The position numbers and the translations under genes are program-made. Of a DNA stretch of 64,000 nt, positions 36,401-48,699 are shown piece after piece. This stretch comes from Rhodosorus marinus CCMP1338 (Eukaryota; Plantae; Rhodophyta): assembly GCA_029953675.1 (NCBI GenBank), contig JAMWBK010000001.1, positions 1,488,001 through 1,552,000 on the forward strand, read 5' to 3'. Each line of letters begins with the position of its first letter. Positions within the stretch are counted from its first letter, which is position 1. Below the pieces are notes generated by a model, which saw only the letters and a program-made list of their open reading frames with translations, did not search any database and had not been told where the DNA came from.

Positions 36401-37905
36401 ATATGGTTGAAACTTGCAACAGCAGCCACGCGGGTAAAGCTAATAACGACATCGTCTGAGTGTTCCCAAAACATATATGAACACGAAGGTACCGCCCTCG
36501 CGGCGGATGACACGTTACCTGGAAAAACTATCTCGGTTCGATTACGAGATAAAACACTTGCCGGGCGGGTCGAACGTCGTGGCGGATGCGTTGTCACGCT
36601 TGTCTCGAGTAAATCTGTTGACCACGGCGCAACTCACGATGTATGCGCGAGAAGGAAAGGAGACAGGTCTGACCGCCGAGGAGCAATCCGTGATGCGCAA
36701 GGAAATGGAAGGCGTCGTCTTCGACGCAGCTACAGGAGTATACACTCGAGAAATTGATGGCCAAGCACGTATTTGGGTTGAGCCCGAAAATCGGAACGAC
36801 GCGCTAGCAGATGCGCACCAGGCGTTGGGACACCTATCGGCAAGAGCGCTCTACGAACACCTGCGAAGCGAACTTTGGTGGAGGACGCTGAGGACGGACG
36901 TTTACACAGCCGTACGAAATTGACCTCGCTGTCAATTGAATCAGTTGCAGGCTCCGTTGGCTCGGAAGGCACCACTGCATCCTTTACCTACGGAAGCCAT
37001 CTTCACCCGGTGGCATCTCGACTTCATAGGACGATTACCGAAGGCGCACGGCTCTGGAAATCAGTGGATTCTTGTATGTGTAGAGTCCCTGACAGGTTGG
37101 TAGGTAGTAAAGGCAATGCCGGAAGCGACGCAGGCAAACGTCGCCAAGTTCATTTACGAGGCGATAGTGTGCCCATACGGAGCTCCAGTTCAAATATTAA
37201 CCGACCGAGGAGCTAATTTCCGGTCGAAAGTGGTGGAGGAGCATCTGCGACTGTTGCCAACTGCCCAGCGATTTGCTAGTAGCTACCACCCTCGGACGAA
37301 GTCGACGGCGGAACGGTGGAGCCGGACGTTCCAGGAGGTGCTCGTGAAATTAACGAACGGAGCAGTGACGAGGTGGGATCGCTTTATCCACCAGGCGAAC
37401 ATGGCGCTGCGAATGCGGACCAGTACGGTCACCGGCATGTCACCATACGAAATCCTATATGGGGTGAAACCGCGAATCCCCGGACTGGCGCAGGCACCGT
37501 TATTGTTCGATGCTGTCGACGAAGATGTTTCTGTTCAGGCGCGAGTCATACAACTAGAGCAACTAGGTCGAGAACGCGAGGCTGTCACGCTGGGGACAGA
37601 AGCCGCAAAAAAACAAATGGCACGTTACTATGACTGGAAGGTGAAGGCGGACCCACTGAAACCGGGAGAATTCGGCTTGCTCACGAACGAGGTGAAAACA
37701 AAAGGCACGTATCGCCACATCGGACCTTTTCGAGTCTTGGAGCGCCGATTATTCGACACGTAACGACTAGCTGAGCCAGATGGGACGCCGCTCAAGACCT
37801 TGGTTCATCGTGATCGTATGAAGGGAGCCCAGATCGACAAGGAAGTGCGGAGTTATTGGTACCATCCCACAAAGGGTGAGCTGGGCGACCTGCGCGGCGA
37901 ATAGT
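33480..37905 (+). pseudogene. Gypsy gag-pol with multiple frameshifts and stops
   Basis: polyQ-containing gag; protease AIVDSGS; RT YLDD; RNase H TDASDIGLGG; integrase HxxxGH and core segments. Confidence 0.9.
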
Positions 37906-38278
37906 ACCAGATAAAACTCAGATTCGGGAGGACCCGTGAGTCTGAGTTGGCGGGTTTATGTTGGCGCACGGTTGTAGCCGGACAGAACGACACCATCAGG
38001 GCCTAGCTGACAACGGAGAAAGCCAGGGAGACGTCAGGCTAGGCGCGAGCTAGGGGGTAACTGTAGCCAACTGCGACACCAAAAAGAGAACATAGATGGC
38101 TACCAAAAATAGCACTGTGTCTAGATGAGAGAAATTAGATACCTAACCTGAGGGGATAAATAGGCTAGGACGGAGTAGAATATGATAGGGCTTAGTAAAG
38201 AGAAGCCAGGGGGAAAAATTCTTTGGACTTATCAAGCAACTCTTCGTGAGGGGGTTACTTGGGAGAAAAGATCCAATA

Positions 38279-39430
38279 CATCTACGTTTTTGGGAAACGC
38301 CCAGCTGGCAATGAAATGTATCATTTAAACTATATTCGTCCACGTCGTAGATTTTTTAATAGTTAGGACAATGCTCATAAAACGACGGATGGATTGGATA
38401 TTTTGTTTGAAAGGGGAATTTACAATGTAGACTTGTACGGTTGGATATTTCATCTTAAAAATTGACACTTGGGTAACCCAGTTTGGCAGTGTAGTCTATC
38501 ATTTAAACTATATTCGTAGATGTTGTAGATTTTTGAGTAGTACGGAGCATATCAATGAAACGATGTATGGATTCCATTTTTGATAAACAAAAAGTCTTAT
38601 TCAGTGGTTTTGTCCATGTTCGATATTTCATTTTTAAATTTGACGCTTTCGCATTTGGCAAAGACGCAGCTTGGCCATGAAATCTATCATTTAAACTATA
38701 GTCACATATACTTTAAACATTTCACGTTTTCATGAACCTATTAATAAAACGATGTATTGATTCGATATAGAGTTGAATAAATCGTTTTATGCGATAGTTT
38801 TATTGTACAGGGGAGCGGGGGAGGAAGGAAAGTATTTAGCGATCCCGCTCCAGCTTTAGACTATACTCACATGTGATTTATAAGTTTGAATATTTGGGAA
38901 ATGGTTTTAAAACGATATATGAATTGAATATTTTATTGAATGAATAGTTTTTTCCGATAGTTTTGTCCGTGCACGATATTTCATCTTAAAATTTTACGCT
39001 TTGGGAAAAACCCAGCTTGACAATGAAATCTATCATTAAAAACATATTCGCATGTGTTTTAGATTTTCGAATAATTGGGAACATATCAATAAAGCGATGT
39101 ATGGAATGGATATTTTGTTAAAAACAGTTTTTTCGATAGTTCTGCCTTTGCACGATATTTCTTCTTAAATTTGGATACTTTGGGAAACACCCAGCTTTGT
39201 GATGAAATCTATCAGTTAAACTATATTCGCATGTGTTTTGCATTTTTTTAATATTGAGGGACATATGAATCAAACGATGTATTGATTGGATATGTTGTTG
39301 AATGAATCGTTTGATTCGATAGTTTGGTTGTGCAGGGGTGCTCCAGAGGTCGGAAGGGATTTGGCGATCCCGTTGCAGCTTTAGACTATGTTCGTATGTG
39401 TTCTATATTCTTTTTAGTATTCAGGAAAAT
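38279..39430. repeat. ~180-bp AT-rich satellite, about 6 monomers
   Basis: TCATTTAAACTATA-like motif at ~38321, 38499, 38687, 39033, 39212. Confidence 0.88.
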
Positions 39431-39434
39431 ATCA

Positions 39435-39870
39435 TTAAAACGATGTAAAGTTGGACGCTCAGCATATGTTGACCTCGCGATTACATGCCCACCTCACGGC
39501 TGCCGCCCGCCGCCGAGGGGCAGCCGCTTCGGCTCTTCGACGAGTGAAGAAACGACGGTATGCTGAGATCATGGGGTCATCAGTCTGCCCTACCGCGAGG
39601 GTTGCTCCCACCGGTTCCAGCCTTTCATTGTGGAAAGCTTTGGTCATGTGGATAAGTCTGGTTTAGAGTGGTTGCGGAAATGTTTCGCTGAGCATTCTTC
39701 TGAGAACTTGGCGCTTTTACGGCGTTTGAATGCCGCCCTGTGGCAATATTCTAGCAGCATGCTTGCCGAGGCGCGCCATCGGCGCCTGGGTTTGCACGCT
39801 TCCCTCCCTAGTTCTTAGTTCCTTTTCACGTCTTGCGTAGAGCTTCAGGCTATGCTAGTAAAGCCCATTT
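39435..39870 (+). mobile_element. Family A 3' fragment with tail
   Basis: YVDLAITCP...AAARRRGAAAS...ESFGHVDKSG; ends GGCTATGCTAGTAAAG. Confidence 0.85.
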
Positions 39871-40249
39871 TTGCTCACTGGCGATAGTCCAGTAGCATGC
39901 TGGCGGAGGCGCGCCACCACCGCCTGGGCTGGCCCGCTGAGAATCCTCTCTGATCGGACCCGACCCCGCCACAGGACATGGCCGTATATCAGTACTTAGG
40001 CCTCAACCTCTTGGGCTCCAGTTTTTGTGTCAGCCCGTCAAGAATTTTATATTTGCTTTATACTCTTTAACTGTATCTAAGGCCGCTACAGCCGAGAACA
40101 CTCCTTTTATGTATATTGAACAACCATAATATTCCAAAAACCTATTCAGAACGAATAAAATATCTTCTCCCCGTAGATTTAGGATTTTTTTGTGCTCGTT
40201 GAAAGCACAATTCGGGAGCTGGAGAGCTACTCGAGGGTGAGATGGGGCT

Positions 40250-40552
40250 TGACAACAGAGGGAGGGGAAAAAGCCGGGCCTTGTCGACACAAGTTGGGAA
40301 GAGGTCAAACTGTTGGAGATGTACAAAAGAAGGGCACTTCAAGAGAGAGCGCCCTCAGTGGAGACAGAAGTTCGTTGCGACGAGTTTGGTGCGAAAACAA
40401 CTATCCCTGTTGAGAGTAACCTCTCGCTTGACAGTGGCTGCACGGATGACTTCTGAAACGAGGGGTAATACTTGAAGAATTACAAGGGGATCGACACGAC
40501 TCCAATCTACTTCCGAAACGATTCTACAAGTCCCGCCGTTAGCAAGAGGCAG

Positions 40553-40589
<37 letters not shown>

Positions 40590-40925
40590 TTTCCTGCTAA
40601 GCTCAGACGCGGACTTGATACTGAGGGACGTCTACTATATTCCTGAACTAGGGGGGACTTATAATCTACTTTCGGTTAGGACGTCCTTCGTTAGAGTCGG
40701 AACCCTTTGGAGTCGGAGCCCTTTAGGTTTACACCAAGCGATAAAGTGGTGTGAATACTCTGTCGGCTAACGCCATCAACTCTGAGTGTTTGATTTCCAG
40801 CCATTCAAACAGTTCAGATATGGTCTCTCCTGCCCTCATCTTTCTGCTGAGCAGTTTCCTTTCCAGCTCTGCCTGTAAGTCAAAATCAGGTTCGTATAAA
40901 ATTGCTTAAACTTATCCCAGATCTC
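40250..40925. mobile_element. Ty1/Copia gag-protease relics in both orientations, with a ~35-nt poly-T run
   Basis: Plus strand CWRCTKEGHFKRE knuckle, LDSGCT, LILRDVYYIPEL; minus strand 40740-40925 LQAELERKLLSRKMRAGETI (gag-like). Confidence 0.65.
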
Positions 40926-40927
40926 CT

Positions 40928-42190
40928 TTAGGTCGCAAGGCACTGCTTTTGAAGCCTATACTGGAGTGCAACAAGGCGACCCATGTGGTCCTGTCCTTCA
41001 CGCCTGTGCTTTGCAGCTCCTTCTCTTGCGTCTCGCGACCGCGGTTCCGGATCTTCGTACCCGCACCTATCACCACGACGTGAGGTTGCTAGGCACTCCT
41101 GAGAACTTGGATCGGGGGTTGACCCAGATCGAAGCAATCGCACGTGGAGTAGGTCTGACGGTGGAACCAGAAAAGTGTCGTTCTCTCGCCTCCCTGCCAT
41201 CAAGTCTCCGAGTCATTGATGAACGTGAAGGGCTCGAGCACATGGTGTGGTTTTGGGGAGTGAGAACTTCATCCAAGACCCTTGCGAACGAGTTTCAGTC
41301 CGACATAGTCAGCTCAACGACGCCATTGAGCGCCCACCGGACAGCATTCTGCAATTAGTATGCCTCCTTTCCCGTTTTTGTGTTGGTCCCCGGCTCCGAC
41401 TGAATTCTTGGCTGCGAAGCCTTCCACACATTGGGGTTCATGGATCGCAGTCAAGGCGGACGAGATGATGCTGAAACACTCGGGAACGCTCTTGGATGAA
41501 CACCTGGATGGGGAACCGCTCCTGACAGGGATTTGGTTCGTGCCCAGGTCGTTCTACCGTTGCGATTGGGTGGATTTGGCGTGCCAGACCGTGGACTCGC
41601 ATGTTCGCCTGCGGCGGTCGCCTCGTGGGCCATCGCACTTCGTACCTCGGTGAGATTTCGGATGCGAAGTGCCTGCCGTTTGACTCGAGCACTGACTAGA
41701 GAGGACCCCGTGACCCTTCCGGCCCCGCTTTTGAGTATCGATGATCGTCTGCAACAGGCGTTCTGTAGGTGCAACGCCGTGCCGGACGAGAATCGATGCA
41801 AGTTTTGCTCCTGGAACGAGCCGTTATGGGGAAGTACGGAGGCGATCGAGGATTCTCACATCGACAGAGTACTCGTCGACGAGGGGGAAGCCAGCGGGGT
41901 CACCTGTTTCAGAGTACCCGGGTACGAGCCGATTACGGAGCTTACGTACTGATGCGATTCAGCATAGCTTCAGCTGGTGCCAACACAGTGCCAGTCACGC
42001 AATCTTGCTCAACTCTCTTCTCACACCGCCTACCACCGCCGCTCGCCTCCGCGGCATGGGCGGTCGCCTATCGCACATGTGGTTAACCACCCTGCCTTAC
42101 CCCTGGGCCACCGTCTCGATGCCTTCCAGTTGCGCTCTGCCACGCGGACAAACGGACCTAGGATCTACCTGGGTCACAAGTTCCGTGCCA
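40928..42190 (+). mobile_element. Degenerate family A RT-to-C-terminal fragment
   Basis: QQGDPCGP, LPLRLGGFG, PTTAARLRGMGG. Confidence 0.85.
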
Positions 42191-42379
42191 CTCTAATGGC
42201 CGTCTTTCTGGGATGGATCAGCTTGGGTGAGATTCTATCCCCCACGTGGAAAGGTACATTTCCTCGAGTTCCCCTCCCCTGTCTGGGGATATGTCGGGGG
42301 AGGTTCGCCATCATGTGGCATGTTTTTGCGATCTTCCGAAATCACCAATTCGTTGCCTCCTGCAGCGTATCACTACTTC

Positions 42380-43750
42380 TACTAATATCTAGGGAAAAGC
42401 TAACCCCGTAGCCTTTATTCGGCCGCTACCTACCGCAGCGCAATACCACTACTATATGTTCGCTCTAAACTTACTTGGACCCCCTGTCCAGGGTCTCATC
42501 TAAGTTCTACTCAAGGGAAATATTGTTCTATCCGCGCGATCTTTCTCGATCGAATGCTCAACTAGCGCAGCATTATGCTGCCACAGAATCTGATTTAATT
42601 GACCCTTCACCGACGACAGATGGGAGTCACGATCATGCAGATGCGCCGTCCCTATGCGAAGAAATTCAAGGGTTGCCTCTCCTATTTGACCAAAAGTCTC
42701 GAAAATGAACGGCACAAAAACCAGGTCTCGGTTTTCCACCCTCAGCACCTCCTCATAATGCAACGCCTTCACTTGTTCTGCTTGTTTCGCAGCATATCCG
42801 CAACTCCAGCTCGTATGTCTCAACTGATGCCTTTGAAGTGGCGATGTTGCCATCACGTCCACCACGTACACGCAACCGCTCGTCGGGTGCCGTGCTACAA
42901 TATCGGTTCGAATTCCGGACCCTGAGGCTCTACTACTTTCTCTTTGAAATTCCATAGGTGTAACCATCGACTCAGTTCGACTTTCAGCTCATCGTGCCTC
43001 TTTGTTCGCATCCCAGATGACGTCCTGCAGTGGTGCAGCCGCTGGACCCCACGCACATCGTGTGGTTGCTCGCAGACTGCGCACGTGTATGACCGGCCTA
43101 GGCCAGGTAGTGGTAGCCCCAGTAGCATCCTCATGCTCCAAATCATCTCATCCGGACTCAATTTCCTTGGATCCAAGTTAGGGCAGTCTCGTAGCCATAC
43201 GCCACAACCCGTCCCTGCCGCCGACCGGATTGCCCTGTCTATATCCTCCACCGTTGCATCCTCCGTGAGTATCTCGAATGCGTGACCGTGGCACTCTTGA
43301 GAGAGCGTTTTTTGAATGGGACCGTCATATCCTCGAGAACTCGTCGGATCTGCCTCAGTGCCTCTTGCACAGTCTGCTAATGGCTGCCATTCCGCTAGCC
43401 TCTTGAGCCGTTCGCTCGTCGTTGGTGATAGCCTCCTCTGTACCGTATGACTTGGCGCTACAAGTGGCACTGCCATATCGTCCGTGGTCCACTGCATATT
43501 GATCTCACGCCGCTGATGTCCATCCGCAAGGGAAGTACAGTCCAAAAGTAGCCGCCTAAGGTAGCAGGACTGAGTGATATTCTCCTGAAGACTCTGCTTC
43601 CACCCAGAGTGAAAAGCGACCGGTTGAATCCTCGTCCGCGTAGCAAAGCCAAGCGCTCCCCATCGGCATGGCAGTCGAATCTGCTGCTCCTCCACGTTTG
43701 CCTCAACTCCGGTGATGTCTTGATGGTGTCTCAGTCCTCCACATAATCCT
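42380..43750 (-). mobile_element. Family F2 5'-truncated copy
   Basis: ORFs 42895-43695 (QIRLPCRWGALG, CAVC...HHC, RHDELK) and 42500-42967 (RLE, FVPFIFETFG), plus 3' UTR. Confidence 0.85.
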
Positions 43751-44049
43751 TCCAGTTCTGCAAGGGTGATGCCGTCGGCTTCCCTGGTGGTGGTGCGGCC
43801 CAGTGAATACGCCAGCCCCCTGGTATGGCAGTCAAGTCGCGTTCCCGCACAGTATCAGAGAATCGCTAGCCTAACGTGCAATTCAGACTCTGGGAGACGT
43901 TGAAGAGCATTCACGAGCTTTGCATGACGTGTTTGGGTGGTCCTGCAGGTCGACTCCGCGTATTGGCGCCTTCCAATGGGAATAGAGTACAGGGTTATCC
44001 CCTCGCGCCACCTGAATGTCTGGAATATCCACATTTATCCTACGTGGTG

Positions 44050-44780
44050 TGTCCAGACTAACATCCCCAAACTAACGTAATCCCGTAGTCTTTTCGGCAG
44101 CTACCTACCGCAGCGCAATACCACTGCTCTATGTTCGCACTAGACTCACTTAGACCCCCTGTCCAGGGGTCTCATCTAACTTCTGGACTGGACTTTAACT
44201 ACTAGCTAGTGGGAATATCGACCGGTCCGCCCGGTCTTTGGGGGCGGACCGGTGCGTGTTGTACCAACTGTGCGTTCTGTTGGCAGTAAATGCGGGTGAA
44301 TTGTCCTCTCACCGACGATGAATGCGAGTCCCGATCATGGAGATATGCCGTGGCTCTTCGAAGGAACTCCAGCCCCTCTTGTCCAAGTCGCCCATAGGTT
44401 TCAACCACAAATGGTACTAGAATCAGCTCTCTGCCCTCATTCGATATCGCTTCTGCGTAATGTGCCACTTTGCTATGTTCTGCTTTCTCCGCCGCATACC
44501 CACTCTTCCAACTAGTCTGTTGCAAGTATTGTCGCAGCACTGGTGACGTCACCATCACGTCCAACACGTACACGTGTCCACTTGTTGGGTGCCTCCCTAC
44601 GATGTCAGGACGTATCCCTGAATACCTAAAGAACCACTGCGGTTCCACTTACAAGTCCGTGAAATTCCACAGATGCAACCTCCGACTTAACTCCGTTTTT
44701 AGCTCATCGTCACCCTTAGTTCGCATACCTGATGATGTGCCCCAGATACTCCTTCTGCTGACCAATCCTCAATACTCCAG
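44050..44780 (-). mobile_element. Family F2 5'-truncated copy, followed by an F1 UTR remnant at ~44790-44880
   Basis: ORF 44202-44648 RPDIV...LDVMV..P...AEKAEHSK...PFVVETYG; tail TTACGTTAGTTTGGGGATGTTAGTCTGG. Confidence 0.85.
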
Positions 44781-44974
44781 ACTACCGCAACCGTAAACTT
44801 TACTGGGCAGCTTCGTACTGCAGCGTATCACTATTCCTCCTACTATCTCGGGAAAAGCTAATCCTAGACTAACGTAACTCCAAACAAGTTTGGAAGAAAA
44901 TAAGGGGAAACCGAAATCACTCTACAGATATCCAGTCGATCCGTTTATTCAGAGCCCAACTACCCTGAGAAGCG

Positions 44975-45745
44975 AGAGACAAGACGCTGATGACGCGCAT
45001 CTACAAACAAAGCAGCATTTGATCACCGCAGGGTCAAAGAAAGCTCCGTGAGCAGACTATCTAGACGCCCTGGGTCGTTGCGAAAGAGACCTCGCAGCCA
45101 GCGAGAACCTACACTATCTATCAAGCCAAAGCTATCCGGCCTGCGAGATTGAGACTGTGGTTACCACTTCTCAGGTCGACATGAACGTAAGAAGTGGTAA
45201 CGAACAGTTAAAAACCCAGGTTACTCCAGTTGCGTTCGACATGAAACTTCTTGGCCAATGTGAACTTAAATGCTTGAATGTACGGCCCCTGAATCACCCG
45301 CAAGAGGTAGGGTTCTGGAGGTCATTTATCAAAATCGCAAGCTGAGCAGCCATAAAAACTTGCGCAATCATTACCCAATATCTTCGGAAGCTTCAGGTTT
45401 CAAATCGAATTGAGCAACGTCGTTTTTGTTCGGAGGCCGAAAGAAAACACCTTGAGGGAAGAAAAGACTAAACGCGGAGAAGATCGTGCGCCTCCATCGT
45501 CAAAGCAGCGTTCATACGCCACAGCAAGGATTCGTCGAAACCTTTCTGGGCTCTCCAACTTTATCTGTGATCTTTCCGCAGGTGAAAGCAAAAAAGCAAC
45601 AGCAAGACTACAACACAATGCCAATAAAAACCAGACTACAGTAAGACCACGCTCATCTGTTTCATTCACAGAGAACCCAAAGTTGGAGCTCGGTTCCCAT
45701 TGCCATTGAAGATCGCCGGAATAGTTGTTCAACGAACGCTCCAAT
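44975..45745. mobile_element. Cluster of family B(-like) relics: diverged C-terminus (-), 3' end (-, 45400-45560), 5' end (+, 45630-45745)
   Basis: DSVGSRWLRGLF on the minus strand; 45630-45745 matches 24128-24240. Confidence 0.7.
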
Positions 45746-46325
45746 CTCTCGACAACGTCTTCTTCCTTGCGGGGACAAGGAAAGTTCTCTTCGAGACAAA
45801 GAATGCTTGAGGTAAACCTGGGTTATTATCGTTAGCCTGGGGTAGCGCAAGACAGAGATACAGTCCCGCGCCATATTATTGGCCACCCGGAGTATCAAGG
45901 TCAAGGTTCGCCCCTACCTTTTGTATTACAATTTCATTTCGTTCATTGGTATATTGCTCAGCCAGAACATGAAGGTCCAGAGAGGCCAAGGTTCTCCCCG
46001 GCTACTGCCCCGTTTGTCTGGTTTTTACCGATTTTCTTTTTACTCGCCATAGCCAGAAACGCTAGGGAAGGCGTGAAAAGGAGCTAAGAACTAGGAAGAA
46101 AAGTGTACAAACCCAGGCGGCGCCGATGGCGCGCCGATGCTAAAAACCAGAATATTGCCACAGCGCAAAAGGCTAAAATACGTCGTAAAAGTCCAGTCCA
46201 GAGTTCATAGCATAGTCTGCTATGCTACGAAAGGCACAAGTCCAGTCCACGAAAGGCACATGTACACACCCCTTTGTATTGCAATTTCATTTCATTCCTT
46301 GGAATGGCCACCCCTTTAGAATATC

Positions 46326-46630
46326 GAACGAATGGTTTAATCGGAGGCTGAAAAAAAAACCCCCAGGGGAAAAAAAGACTAAGCGCGCCGAAGTACTCGC
46401 GCCTCCAACATCAAAGCGGCATTCATGCGCCACAGCAGGAAACTTAAGCGGGTAAACAACGATTGAAGACGGTCAGGGCGTTCGCGGAACAACTCCCGAA
46501 GCCAGCGAGAACCAACAGAGTCCATGAACCCAAAGCACTCAATGATCAGGGGTACCAAGCGATGTCTAATGCCGAAGCACGAACACCAGGGGAAGACAAA
46601 GCCCTCGCGTATTTGATCTCTTTGCGGCGT
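46326..46630 (-). mobile_element. Short family B insertion at the paralogue of the 29660 site
   Basis: Same left junction TTAGAATATC|GAA; shorter 5' extent. Confidence 0.8.
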
Positions 46631-46633
46631 ATC

Positions 46634-47791
46634 GAACGAATGGTTTAATCGGAGGCTGAAAAAAAAAACCCCGAGGGGAAAAAAAGACTAAGCGCGGCGA
46701 AGTACTCGCGCCTCCAACATCAAAGCGGCATTCATGCGCCACAGCAGGAAACTTAAGCGGGTAAACAACGATTGAAGACGGTCAGGGCGTTCGCGGAACA
46801 ACTCCCGAAGCCAGCGAGAACCAACAGAGTCCATGAACCCAAAGCACTCAATGATCAGGGGTACCAAGCGATGTGCTAGTGCCGAAGCACGAACACCTGG
46901 GGAAGACAAAGCCCCCGCGTATTTGATCTCTTTGCGGCGTCTCATGCTGGCGGCGGCAGATCCACGGCGCTCCCCCGCAGCCGGGAGATAACGACTAGCT
47001 TGAGGGTTAGGAACAGCAAGATCAACGTATGTGGTACGGCGGCTGTCGTCACAGGTGATCACCAGGTCGGCTACACGGCGTTCATCATTTTGAAAGTCCG
47101 CGACGGGTAAAGGTTTCTCACGTTCGATTTCCAGACCGGCTTGCCGGACTATAGGTCGAAGTTCCCGGTATAACAGGTTCAAGATCCGTGTGTGGCGGCG
47201 GGTTCGAGCACCTTTCACCGCCGGGCAACTAGCGAGCAGGTGGGCGCCAAAATCTGCGTTGTCTTCAGTCTGAGAGCAGAGAGGGCACGACGAACCCATC
47301 TCGTACGGCCAAGGGGGCTGATGTAAGCCGAGGTATAAGCGCAGTGAAGTACGCACTTCGAAATCCGACAGTGTGAGTGGCGGAAAGGCTGGTACGGTCA
47401 TGAGCCACTGAGAGCTAATAACCCCTCCAAGAATACGTAGGCGGGCGCGAGCGCGAGAAGATGAGACCATCTGCGCGAGGAGTCGGCCATATGCAGCACG
47501 GTGCAAGTCCCAAGAAAGGATATTTTGCAGCGCATCCGTGCGTGCTTGAGCTCGGCTCCCAGCGCGCTGGGAATCATCAGGAGGATCAACTGGAACTTCT
47601 TCTTCTGCGGCAACCACTGGGTCAATCTCCCCTAGAACAGGTTCAGGCGCAGGACGAATCCCCGGGGCGGAGCCTCGAGAGCGGTCAAATACAGCTCGCC
47701 AGTCAGGAAGACGGGGTTGAACGGTTTCGGGGAGACTAGTACAGGAATTCAGGGCGGTTTGGAGCTCCAGAAACAAGTCTTGGGCGCTTTC
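46634..47791 (-). mobile_element. 5'-truncated family B insertion with a 9-bp TSD, nested at the end of the previous copy
   Basis: CGGCGTATC at 46625-46633 and 47792-47800; open knuckle/RLE ORF 46688-47845. Confidence 0.88.
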
Positions 47792-48699
47792 CGGCGTATC
47801 AGGGTCCGTGGAGACCAAAGTTCTCCCTTCCCCCTTGGTACGCACCTCTTATATTACAATTTCATTTCATGCTTTTATTTTGGCCCCCCAGAATATCCAA
47901 ACCAGAATATCAAGCTCCGAGGACACCAGAAGATTCTCCTCGGGATATGTGTCAAGGGACGCGCATGTTCTGCTACTAAGAAGAACTGAAGCGCTGCGAA
48001 GGGCGTGAAATAGGAGCGCATTGAGAGACCCCAAAAACCAAGAGGAAGGAGGAGATTTCTGAGACACTGCCTTCTACCAGGTAGGTACCAGCAGAGTGAA
48101 TTATGCAATCTGGCCTTTCCTCTTGCTTCGTGCCAGGTTCCCAGAGCCAGTTTCAAATACGGGTTACTCTGGGAGCGGGATACCTGTTGGGATGCCGCGG
48201 AGGGGGGGGGGTTGGGAGAAAGAAGAGGCTCGGTCGGCACCAGTGTCTCAGTCAAATGAAATTGGAACTTGGTATTTTGGCGTCCAAAATACTGCACCAA
48301 AAGCGAAATCCGCGTCTGTGAGCCCCCTTTTCCTTCTCGTAGGACTGCCCCCTGAGTTGTTATTTTCCTAGTCACCCAAAGGCGACTAGGAAACTACCAA
48401 GTCATGGGTTCTCCCTACCGAGGAATTTCAGCATGTCGACTGTTTTGCAACCAATACTATGCACACCCTGCATAAAAGAGAAAACTCAATCGTGTAGGCA
48501 GTTATATATATACACACAGCGCGAAAGGAAGTGCTTTTTCAATTGAGCTTTGCAGATGTGTTTCTCGAGGACGTGAATGGCAACCAAAGAACGTGAGGCT
48601 ACCAAAGGCTAAAGGCATAGACGAGACGGTAAGGAGAAGGGAAGAGGGACTGTAGGTTTTCAGGTTCAAGAGTGGTGATTGGTTACGGCATTGGAGAAG

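Larger units (their letters stand above)
33093..38278 (+). mobile_element. Ty3/Gypsy LTR retrotransposon, complete structure, decayed ORFs
   Basis: LTRs 33093-33398 and 37959-38278 (TGTTG...CAATA); flanks CATT/CATC; order gag, protease, RT, RNase H, integrase. Confidence 0.93.

Noticed and set aside
40556-40590. Poly-T run as the poly(A) tail of an antisense retrocopy
   Set aside because: Copia-like peptide continues on both sides and no TSD or retrocopy body is visible; a homopolymer expansion or sequencing artefact is more likely.
44150-44190. Hammerhead ribozyme in the F 3' UTR (AGATGAG-stem)
   Set aside because: Lacks the CUGA and GAAA core residues in every copy examined.
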